A DNA stretch of 36,893 bases from Octopus bimaculoides. Its lineage: Eukaryota. Below, one piece after another: positions 1 to 10,267 of this stretch. The position numbers and the translations under genes are program-made. Below the pieces are notes generated by a model. It did not search any database and was not told the DNA's origin. It worked only from the letters and a program-made list of their open reading frames with translations. Position 1 is the stretch's first letter. Every line of letters begins with the position of its first letter. Location of the stretch: contig NC_068991.1 in NCBI RefSeq assembly GCF_001194135.2, forward strand, positions 21,535,964 to 21,572,856, read 5' to 3'.

Positions 1-112
1 AGTAAGGCATGTGTAAAATTTGAATGAAATTGGTTGCGTAGTTCTCGAGTTTTAGGGATTCACACAGACAGACAGACAGACAGACACACATTCTCATTTT
101 TATATATATAGA
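1..112 (-). mobile_element. Helitron 5' terminus (element continues beyond the window start)
   Basis: Minus strand reads A|TCTATATATATAAAAATGAGAATG(TGTC)n, i.e. a TC start after A plus a microsatellite. Homologous to about 3760-3851. Confidence 0.65.
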
Positions 113-379
113 TTGTATTAAAAAAACTGTGAAAATATTTTGTGCAATGCATAAGTATAACCAATTCTAACAACAAATTCTTATATGGAACCCCAAGGGC
201 CATATGGACCACCACTGAGAACCACTGATCTTAAGCTATGGTAAAAGACAATTTACCCAAAGTGCACATAGTGGAACAGAACTTCTTGACTACACACAAG
301 ATAAAAATACAATAAAAATCAAGCACAAGACAACAAACAAAGCATTGTTGAGTTTCCAAACAATGTTTGTCCAAAATAC

Positions 380-532
380 CTGTTAGCAAGTTCAACGTGG
401 GCTTGTTTCGCTGCATAATCTTTGTCGGATTTGGTGAGTTCTTTAGTGATCACTAACTGGGAGATGTCAATACGGTTGCAGAGAAGGTCAGATATCGTCT
501 GCTTGGCATATTCCACGGCACCATCAGGATTT
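380..532 (-). CDS. POLD1: POLD1 coding exon ([33 protein letters not shown]...[10 protein letters not shown])
   Basis: 153 nt with TTGCAG acceptor and GTATTT donor. Confidence 0.98.
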
Positions 533-715
533 CTGCAAATATGTATGCAAACATAGAGACATAAAGGAATCGGAACACTTGCAAATTGAGAGCTAAAAGG
601 GGAATAAAGTAAACAAGATTCGAACTAATTAGGGGGAAAAAAAAGAGGTTTAACCCCTTTGTTACTATATTTCAGCTGAAACACATTACTTTTGATTCAA
701 CAAATTTTAAAATTA

Positions 716-1065
716 GTTAAAGGGTAAAAGACCTCCTCTGGTCATGAATAACCATGGGATTGCACCTAGAATGTTACCCTCTAAGGTACAAGTCTGGGCA
801 AGGTTGTTTATGGAAGACCAGCAGTCGCCCATGCATACCAGCCTCCCCTCTCCACACCACCGATGTTATCCAAGGGAAAGGCAAAAGCCAATACAGCTTG
901 GTACCAGTGACACTGCAACTCATTTCTACAGCTGAGTGAACTGGAGCAATGTGAAGTAAAGTGTCTTGCTCAAGAACACAGCACACAGCCCGGTCTGGGA
1001 ATTAAACTCACTACTTCATGATTGTGAGCACAACATTCTAACCACTGAGCCATGTGCCTTCACAT
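716..1065 (-). mobile_element. tRNA-derived SINE (family of 12491-12852), inserted in a TTAA MITE
   Basis: A-box-like TGGCTCAGTGG on the minus strand. 13-bp target-site duplication (TSD) AATTTTAAAATTA at 703-715 and 1066-1078. Confidence 0.8.
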
Positions 1066-1529
1066 AATTTTAAAATTAATTTAGGACAGCAACAACATCA
1101 TTATTAAACTGATATTTGGAGCTTAAATTAATATGAAATTTTAATGACAGGTTTTAATTTAGATCAGTTTAAAACAGGTTTGTATCACAGAACCAAGGTG
1201 GCCTCAGGCAAGCTGGTATCAAAATAGTCAAAGGAAGTAAGATGAAAACAATGGCTGAAATGAAGGACTATCATTTTGTTGATTCATTTAGTTATATCTG
1301 TTTTCCATGCCAGCAAGGGTTGAATGAATTCTTAGCTGGATGCTTTCCCTGTCACTAATCCTTACTTGTTTTACAAATTAGGTATTTTATCTTTATTCCA
1401 CTTGTCACTGAAAGAGCAGAGGTACAGACTAATTAACTAGCACAGAAGTCCAAATTAATTATTTTTTTAAATTTTTGCTCAGTTTCATATAAAAGAAGTA
1501 GAATGTAAACATTTACAGACTCACATGTG

Positions 1530-1566
1530 CATACCCAGCATTGCTCGGGATTAAAATGGCATAGTT

Positions 1567-1611
<45 letters not shown>

Positions 1612-3851
1612 NNNNNNNNNNATATATACATATATATATATATATATTACGGTTATGTTGAAATAGGTCATATGAGAAAGTGCAGCATTGACAACAAAAC
1701 ATTTGTGGAGTAAACGATGGGCTAATTTCACTAAGTGACATGTTATGTATCCATTTTCCAGGCCCTAAACTGTTGTGGAAAATTGGGGGTGGGAATTTGG
1801 TGATTTTTGGACGCACTGAAGAGCTGTCAGTGGATATACTCTCCTTTGTGGCAGTCAGCACTGAATTTAACACGAGCCATCGTCTGAAGTTTTGACACCT
1901 CCTTCAGGTTTGTTGACCTCATAAAGTAAATTTGGAGAAATTGTGGATGTTCATTTGTGGGTAACAGGGAACCAATGAGGTGATAGACTTGCCCTTGAAC
2001 TTTGAAGTTCAAGTTTAAGTATCTTCTTAGATGCAGTAAACGATGTCATTTGAAATGCAGAGTTCTATTGTCTGATATTGTTCAGAAAATACTTTGACTG
2101 GATGGAAGTGCTTTGTAGAAGAACCATAAGAGGTTGAGGAGGAGCTGCTAGTGCTGGCCATCTTACCTGACCACTTAAGCAGCACATGCCATTTGTTTCA
2201 TTTGAAAATTTTAAAGCTCTACAGAAATGACAATTTGTGTTTAGGACATCAATTTGGACAGAGTTATCACTTTTATAAGAATGGGATGGAACATATCTGG
2301 AAAGCGACTCCAGGAGTTGTGAAGAACAAATTTGTACGTAGTCTGTTTCTGGGAGCCATTCTATTGGACCTCTGTCTAATCATTAAAACATTGATTTAAT
2401 GATCCAGCATTAAGTGCTGCAGCATGCATTTGCTGATCTTAGGAAAGTGCCATCTCCCTTCTCTCTTGAGACTCTGTCCGACATGCTGCAGCATGCTTTA
2501 GCTGACCTTGGGAAAGTCTTATCTCCCTTAAGGAGCCGTTTATGCATCATTTCAATGTCATGTTAATGTAAGTGTTAAAATGAAACTGTAAATGTAAATA
2601 ACTTGCAACATTGCAACAGGTACGATAATTATGAATTGGTCATTGAATGGTAAAGTGAATCAAACAAAGTCAAACATTGTTATGAACCAATTAGGCTGGT
2701 ATTTCTAGCACGTCCTGCTACCACTGAACAGATATTTGTGATAAAGGACATGCCATTATTGCAAATAGCTGTTACGTGGTAGCAGCTCGTGCTTGAAATA
2801 GCAGCCAAATCTTTCATTTTCTGTAGAAAAGAGCCATTTATGTGGCAGGGGACCTCAGACTTTCGGGAGAAAATCTGAGGTCCCCCACCACAACCGTCCC
2901 TTTATTTCTGAAGAAAAATAGGAGGTTTGTGGCATATTAGGGTACTTCCATGCAAAAAAAATCCCTCTTTTTTTTTCCTTAGTGAAACATGTGGGTGCAT
3001 TTATCAAAATATATCCAATTTACAAATGAAAAAGGTTACATACCAAATTCAGCAGAATGAATGAATAGGTTTTACTTGATTAGTATTGCTATGTAACAGT
3101 GTTGTCATCAATTATAATGGTTGTTAAAATGAATCGATATGAATGACTCCATAAAATAAGACAAGTGGAAACGACTGCACACCATACAGGGTGTTCAGGA
3201 ATGAACGATGGAAGCACAATATTAAATGTTAATGTAAGGGTTAATATCTAGGTTTGTTTTTATAAACTCTAAGTAACCTGAAAAGGTCATAGATGAAGTG
3301 GAAACACATCAATCAAACATGGCAAAACTGTGCTTTAAATGTAACAAAGTGTCAACTTGCATTGTTCAATGACAGAACGACGAAGTTATTTACTTGGAGG
3401 AAAATTTGTGAATCTGCTTTGAATCACAAACAGAATTAATGTTAATTTAAGAACAACATGCTGTTATCACAGATAGCCGTTATGTGGTAGCAAGGCATGG
3501 TAGAAATAGCAGCCAAATCTTTCATTTTCTGTGGAAAGGAGTCGTTTACGCGTCATTTCGATGTCATGTTAATTTAAGTGTTAATATGAAACTGTAAATG
3601 AGCAAGGAAAGTGAAGCATTGTTTTGAACCAGAAGAATAAAAGTGAAACATAGATGTTATTCTTTCACTTTTTGATATGTGTAAAAAAATTGCTCCAGGC
3701 TGCATTAGGGATGAAGTTGAAAACTTTTTTGGCCCATGACAATCCAGGGACTGTATGGAATGTATGTGTAAAATTTGAATGAAATCGGTTGTGTAGTTCT
3801 CAAGTTTTAGGGATTCAGACTGACACACATTCTCAATTTTATATATTAAGA
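1530..3851 (-). mobile_element. Decayed Helitron with RepHel coding remnant
   Basis: 5' end A|TC at 3851. RepHel peptide at about 1917-2300: CHFCRALKF..ETNGMCC..G.V...FLNNIRQ*NSAFQMTSF then NFKVQGQVYHLIGSLLP...QFLQIYF. Possible degenerate 3' hairpin at about 1533-1548; the left boundary is uncertain. Confidence 0.75.
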
Positions 3852-5194
3852 TATACACGCGCGCATGTGTGTGTGTATTCATTATTTTCCAAAATTTATT
3901 GAAACAAAGGCAGAGTATTTCAACTAGAATATGGTAACCAGAGGGCTACCTTGGTAGAAACAGCAGCCAAAGCTCCCTCATACCACAGCTTTTCAGCTTA
4001 TAAAAAGAAAAAAGGAGAGTTCATTGGACATGATGTAGTTTTAGTCTTAAAAATGAGATGGTCTTGATCAGAAAACATTTCTTTAATCTTCATCTCCCTG
4101 ATTAGGACTAACCTAACTTAACAACAACTCCAAGTACATCTAATTCCAATATTGCAACATTAATATTCCTACACAATTTTCCTGAGAAAGTGGAGTTTCC
4201 TGAGAAAGAGGTTTAATATGCCACATATTATCTTGAAGAAAACCACACAGAAAGGAAATTGAACAGTAAAGTGTTAAAATCTAACTTACAAGAAATTCCA
4301 CAAATGTCAATAACGAGAGGAGCTGATTTATCTGCTGACATTTTATTTAGATAAGAGAAGTTGAGAAAGCAAACAAGTGTCACGTAAAATGAGATTAGAA
4401 GTTTTGATTCTACACAACAACGAGAGCAAACATTTTAAGAAAAACAGAAATAAAATATATTCAAATCAGATAGATATCCATCATCATCATTTTCCATGCT
4501 GGCATGGGTTGGGTGATTTGACAGGAGCTGGCAAGCCAGAGTGGTGCACCAGGCTCCGATTATGTGTTTTGGCAAGGTTTCCACAGTTGGATGCCTAATT
4601 GAATATTAGCTGGTGATTCATTTTCTATGGTGATGTTTAAACAAAATTTTAATATTTTTACCTTTTGCTCAGTTTACCTAGATTTACCTGTAATTAGAGT
4701 CACTTTGAGACAAAAGTTATGCAATAGAATTGATTAAGAACCCTTTCTTCAATTATGCTCCAAATATCACATTAATATGTTGATAAGTAAAAAAGTTACA
4801 GTTGCTAAATGAAACTAGTCTAAATTCATGATTATTTTAGAATTTAACTGAAATTCATGACGGGTGTATTTTGGTCAGAAATATATTAACGAAAGGGTTA
4901 AACCTTTCAATTTCTTGCTTAAGACATGTAACTATGTCTTAGCTTCCTAAAAAGTTGTCCCCTCAAACGCTGCCAACAACTGGTTTCTGGCTCTCATTTC
5001 CAGTGTCTCGAAACAAAGATAACTAATGAAATGAAGTCAACTCGAAATTAAGATAACAGTGGTGGAAATGAAGATAACTAAACACCATCTTCATCAAACT
5101 GAACCTCTACCTGTCTTCAGTAACCCCATTAACCCTTTTCATACTAACCCACCAGAGACTGCCCTTGATTCTTCTATAACACAAACTTCCTGTT

Positions 5195-5422
5195 TTAACC
5201 CTTTAGCAGTCAGATTACTCTGTCAAATGTAATGCTTATTTATTCCCATTGTTTTGAATTAATCATGCAATATCTTGTAGCTTCCAGATTTTGATGATGT
5301 GTTTGTCTATTTTCAGAATGACATCATTTGGTAGGTGTGAGGAACCAGATCTGACCAGTTTGAACATAAAACAGGTAGAGTACTTTGGCCAGATATGGCC
5401 GGTTTAAATGCTAAAGGATTAA
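5195..5422. mobile_element. TTAA-flanked piggyBac-like MITE (family A), nested in a family B MITE at about 5129-5520
   Basis: TTAA|CCCTTTAGCA...TGCTAAAGGA|TTAA terminal inverted repeats. Other copies at 12970-13174, 14904-15107 and 36218-36427. Confidence 0.8.
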
Positions 5423-5833
5423 AGTTATCTAAACTAAAACCTTCCAACAAGATTGTAAACACCAGCTTAATAATGTCAGAGTTATTTTACAAAATGCTTC
5501 ATTATTTTCAAAATTAGCTTTAAAAAAGCTTGCTTCCCAACCATATGGTTCCAGGTTCAGTCCCACTACTAACTACAACTTCAAGGCCAACCAAAGCAGG
5601 GTGAGTGGATTTGGAAGGCAGACACTGAAAAAAGACGTGTGTATGTGTGTATGCATGCGTGCCTTTGTGTCTGTGTTTACATCCTGTAATTTAGCAGTTT
5701 AGCAAAAGCTACCAATAGAATAAGTACCAGGCTTTAGCAAAAAAATAAGCATTGGGGTTGATTCATTCAACTAAAAATTCTTCAAGGCAGTGCCCCAGCG
5801 TGATTGAAACAAGTAAAAAGGTAAAAAGATAAC

Positions 5834-6006
5834 CTGTCTATGAGAAGCATCTTCAAACAACTGTTGATGAGATTAGCGACCAATGGAGAGTTGTCTCGAC
5901 GAACCGTTTCGATACCCTTGCAGTCCATTTTGTCGTACTTGTTAGGGTTAGTCCAATACAATCCAGCATAACGCTTCTTGTTGATCAACAAGTACGGGAA
6001 ATAAAC
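5834..6006 (-). CDS. POLD1: POLD1 coding exon ([16 protein letters not shown]...[20 protein letters not shown]...LLIDR)
   Basis: 173 nt with pyrimidine tract plus GCAAG acceptor and GTTATC donor. Confidence 0.98.
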
Positions 6007-6406
6007 CTTGCAGGGAGAAACAAAAGAAGAGAAGAGATGGAGGAGAAGGTAAGAATGAGTGTGGATCAGGGTTAGAGTAGAAGTAGAGATCAGTGAGAGG
6101 ATTTTTAACAACGGTATGAGGTGTGCTGAGGGTACAGCAATGATATTTAAGAATTTAAAATGAGACATGACCGTGCATGCATAAGTGATGTGTACTCATA
6201 ACTATGAATGAAAGCATGGTTAAGAATGATTAAGCTCACTTTACAATCACAATATCTTGAATTCATTTCTTCACAATTCACCATGCTGCAGCTGCAGTCA
6301 CACAACTCCACTGTATCCATAACAGGATGGGTAAACAAGTGCTATGCCTTGCCAAAGGGCAGCCTGTAACTATGCAGGGCATAGCCATCACCCAGTAACA
6401 TAGGTG

Positions 6407-6442
<36 letters not shown>

Positions 6443-6443
<1 letters not shown>

Positions 6444-6970
6444 GGGGGCCATCCCATAAATAATGCGTGTTTTTTTTCAATTGTATGAACTAAAAGTCAG
6501 ACGGGACAGGATAAACTACCTGCATCAACTTGCTATAAAAGCAGGTTGTCATTTTATCTTGATCTTATTCTCAGTGCAAATTTTGAAGAGTGCAATTCGA
6601 TTTTAAGTTATTTTTTCAAAGCTATACTGGAAGTGACAAAGGAGCATATCTGGCATATTTTGCTTTATGAATTCAATGAAGGCAACAATGCAACTGAAAT
6701 TGCAAGGAATATTAATGCAGTATATGGGGATCAGACAATAAGCTTAAGCCAGTGTCAACGGTGGTTCCAGAGATTCCGAGCTGGAAACTACAGCCTAGAA
6801 GACGAGCCTCGTCCTGGAAGATCTGTAGAGCTTGATGAGGACATCCTGCAAACCCTGGTGGAACAAAATCCCATCATAACTGTTGAGGAATTAGCAGAGA
6901 AGCGTGGATTTGGTCATTCAACCATTCATTGACACCTGCAGGCCATCGGAAAAGTCAGCAAATTGGGTCA
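6443..6970 (+). mobile_element. Mariner 5' fragment (transposase N-terminal HTH, pseudogenised)
   Basis: KEHIWHILLYEFNEGNNATEIARNINAVYG...QRWFQRFRAGNYSLEDEPRPGR...GHSTIH*HLQAIGKVSKLGQ. Stop at 6930-6932; truncated just before the WVPH motif. Confidence 0.88.
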
Positions 6971-7087
6971 GATTTCAAGTTCGATTCCAGGCAGTGACCT
7001 GAACAACACCAACAACAACAGCAACAACAACAACAACAACGACGAAAAATAGCTTAGGAATGAGAACCGGAGTTCGAAATTCCCCAA

Positions 7088-7133
7088 GATACCTGATGAA
7101 GGCTGGTGGGTATATCAGCCGAAACGTTGTGTT
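7088..7133 (+). ncRNA. Minimal type I hammerhead ribozyme motif, copy 1
   Basis: GATAC-CTGATGA-A-GGCTG[loop]CAGCC-GAAA-CGTT-GTGTT. The conserved core, 5-bp helix II, 5-bp helix I (2 G-U pairs) and palindromic AACGTT helix III were paired by hand. Activity is untested. Confidence 0.65.
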
Positions 7134-7210
7134 AACAACAAACAAGATAAGAACAAATATCTGTCAAATGTAAATAATGAAAGAGTAAAATCNNNNNNNN
7201 NNAAACCTAC

Positions 7211-7348
7211 CTTCTCAAATTCTAATTTAATAGGTTTGATAAATTTGCTGGAAATATATTCTGCTGCTTCCTTCCCAAGTTCCATTGCCTCTGCAACAGT
7301 TTCAACTCCAAAATTGCACATCACAGAATCTGTATCACCATAAATTAC
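7211..7348 (-). CDS. POLD1: POLD1 coding exon with catalytic motif C ([14 protein letters not shown]...PIKLEFEK)
   Basis: 138 nt with CTTAG acceptor and GTAGGT donor. Contains YGDTDS. Confidence 0.98.
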
Positions 7349-7436
7349 CTAAGGGGTTAAAAGACAAAAAAAAAAGAAACTTTATACATCAACATCAATA
7401 GCTTACGAATGAGAACCGAAGTTCGAAATTCCCCAA

Positions 7437-7482
7437 GATACCTGATGAAGGCTGGAGGGTATATCAGCCGAAACGTTGTGTT
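7437..7482 (+). ncRNA. Minimal type I hammerhead ribozyme motif, copy 2
   Basis: Same motif 349 nt downstream; differs from copy 1 only by one base in the helix II loop. Confidence 0.65.
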
Positions 7483-7604
7483 AACAACAAACAAGATAAG
7501 AACAAATATCTGTCAAATGTAAATAATGAAAGAGTAAAATCATACTTGTCCTCAACACCACGATCTTCATTACTATCATCCTCATCGTATTAATCATCAC
7601 CAAT

Positions 7605-7995
7605 GGCGCAGGAGTGGCTGTGTGGTAAGTAGCTAGCTTACGAACCACATGGTTCCGGGTTCAGTCCCACTGCGTGGCACCTTGGGCAAGTGTCTCCTAC
7701 TATAGCCTCGGGCTGACCAAAGCCTTGTGAGTGGATCTGGTAGACGGAAACTGAAAGAAGCCCGCCGTATATATGTATATATATATGTATGTTTGTGCGT
7801 CTGTGTTTGTCCCCCTACCATCGCTTGACAACCGGTGCTGTTGTGGTTACGTCCCCGTAACTTAGCGGTTCGGCAAAAAGAGACCGATAGAATAAGTACT
7901 AGGCTTACAAAGAATAAGTCCTGGGGTCGATTTTTTCGACTAAAGGCGGTGCTCCAGCATGGCCGCAGTCAAATGACTGAAACAAGTAAAAGAAT
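7605..7995 (+). mobile_element. tRNA-like SINE (GGAGTGGCTGTGTGGTAAG family)
   Basis: Near-identical to 13854-14304. tRNA-like head, internal (TA/TG)n and GAGTAAAA-type tail. Older partial copies near 5520-5820, 10920-11257, 20890-21050, 30325-30480, 35590-35735 and 36630-36790. Confidence 0.85.
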
Positions 7996-8519
7996 NNNNN
8001 NNNNNTTAGACAGGTACCTATTTCAGGCAGTATATTATTAAAGATAGATGCCCTTCTTTTTACTAGCTTTTCAAATTTTACAAACCAGGAACTTTTCATA
8101 TTTCAACAGGCTTCGCTTGGCTGCTGTATATGTAAGTGTGAGTGTGCATGTGTATGTACAAGACAGGCTTTCATGATGTTTCCATCCATAAATTCCAATC
8201 ATAAGACATTGGTTGGCTCACGATAACAGCAGAAGACCAACACATGTACAAGGTGATGCACAAAGGAAGAGAATCTAAGGTCACATGATTGCAAAGTGTA
8301 CTTCTTAACTATACAGCCATTCCTGTGCCTATACATACATAGAGAGAGACAATATTTACTATATATAACATATAAAAGTATAACAATTAAAAACCCATTT
8401 AACATTATTAAGTTATAAAATAGAAAATAAGCAGAAACATGAAGGAACTCTCAAAATTAATACCAAAGGGAGTAAACAAATTGAAAATTAGTGGAACCTT
8501 CCTTTTCTTCTGTACCTAC

Positions 8520-8615
8520 CTTAGCTTTGTGCTCATAGCCATTTTCAGTATCGTATTTTTCTTCTACATATTGTTTGGTGAGTTCAATCATCATACGTCC
8601 AAAGGCTGTGACACT
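8520..8615 (-). CDS. POLD1: POLD1 coding exon ([32 protein letters not shown])
   Basis: 96 nt with TTTCAG acceptor and GTAGGT donor. Translated by hand. Confidence 0.97.
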
Positions 8616-8785
8616 CTGAAAGGTAAGGGAGAATTAACAATGGCAGTTATAGCAATAAAAGCAATGCAGGATATATATGCACATACATATATATACAAAG
8701 ACATATACCCATACATATACACACACATATACGTGTGTATATATGTGTGTGTATGTATGCATGTATGTGTGTGTGTGTATATATA

Positions 8786-8843
<58 letters not shown>

Positions 8844-10119
8844 NNNNNNNNNNNNNNNNNNNNNNNNNNNNNNNNNNNNNNNNNNNNNNNNNNNNNNNNN
8901 NNNNNNNNNNNNNNNNNNNNNNNNNNNNNNNNNNNNNNNNNNNNNNNNNNNNNNNNNNNNNNNNNNNNNNNNNNNNNNNNNNNNNNNNNNNNNNNNNNNN
9001 NNNNNNNNNNNNNNNNNNNNNNNNNNNNNNNNNNNNNNNNNNNNNNNNNNNNNNNNNNNNNNNNNNNNNNNNNNNNNNNNNNNNNNNNNNNNNNNNNNNN
9101 NNNNNNNNNNNNNNNNNNNNNNNNNNNNNNNNNNNNNNNNNNNNNNNNNNNNNNNNNNNNNNNNNNNNNNNNNNNNNNNNNNNNNNNNNNNNNNNNNNNN
9201 NNNNNNNNNNNNNNNNNNNNNNNNNNNNNNNNNNNNNNNNNNNNNNNNNNNNNNNNNNNNNNNNNNNNNNNNNNNNNNNNNNNNNNNNNNNNNNNNNNNN
9301 NNNNNNNNNNNNNNNNNNNNNNNNNNNNNNNNNNNNNNNNNNNNNNNNNNNNNNNNNNNNNNNNNNNNNNNNNNNNNNNNNNNNNNNNNNNNNNNNNNNN
9401 NNNNNNNNNNNNNNNNNNNNNNNNNNNNNNNNNNNNNNNNNNNNNNNNNNNNNNNNNNNNNNNNNNNNNNNNNNNNNNNNNNNNNNNNNNNNNNNNNNNN
9501 NNNNNNNNNNNNNNNNNNNNNNNNNNNNNNNNNNNNNNNNNNNNNNNNNNNNNNNNNNNNNNNNNNNNNNNNNNNNNNNNNNNNNNNNNNNNNNNNNNNN
9601 NNNNNNNNNNNNNNNNNNNNNNNNNNNNNNNNNNNNNNNNNNNNNNNNNNNNNNNNNNNNNNNNNNNNNNNNNNNNNNNNNNNNNNNNNNNNNNNNNNNN
9701 NNNNNNNNNNNNNNNNNNNNNNNNNNNNNNNNNNNNNNNNNNNNNNNNNNNNNNNNNNNNNNNNNNATATATATATATATATTTATATATATATACACAC
9801 ACACATGATAAATAAAGGTTATTATTTTAAAACTAAGAATAATAAAGAATATAAAGAAAACAAGAATTTAAAAATTGTGACAGAAACAGAGACTGAGTGT
9901 CCCAACACAATCACATCATCATTATTAGGATCATCACCTGGAATACAAAGACAGTGAGAGAGAGAAAAGCTGACCTCCACAAACTGGCGTATAAAAACAG
10001 TAAGAGGATGAAGGCTATAACCAAATGAAGGAGTTTATAAGGGGAATTGATAAAAACATGAAGGTGTCTCTAAAGTGAAATGAAAAAAAGTTCAGATTCA
10101 AGTTAAAGACATTCTATAC

Positions 10120-10267
10120 CTGTGAAATTTCAAGACATGGAAGCTTGCCAACTTGAGCACCAGTAAAACCATATACAGAATTGGCACTGATCTTCAAGGC
10201 CAATTGTCGACCATCCAAAACCCTTTTCTTCAAAGGATCTGTTTCTTTCTTTAAATCAGCCTTGGCA
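10120..10267 (-). CDS. POLD1: POLD1 coding exon with motif B ([11 protein letters not shown]...[32 protein letters not shown])
   Basis: 148 nt with ATTAG acceptor and GTATAG donor. Not listed in the supplied ORF track; translated by hand. Confidence 0.98.

Larger units (their letters stand above)
7048..7541 (+). repeat. Pair of 145-bp direct repeats (7048-7192, 7397-7541) flanking a POLD1 exon; Penelope-like terminal sequence
   Basis: Three mismatches over 145 bp. The CTGATGA...GAAACG motif is typical of Penelope-like element termini. Copy 1 ends at a 10-N gap. Confidence 0.85.

Noticed and set aside
7048-7541. Interpretation as CRISPR-like or LTR repeats
   Set aside because: There are only two 145-bp copies, no TG...CA ends or primer-binding site, and the interior is a host exon.
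8439-9957. Long ORFs of 357-458 aa in the ORF track
   Set aside because: They are runs of N plus (TA/TG)n microsatellite. The only real coding sequence is the 96-nt POLD1 exon on the minus strand.
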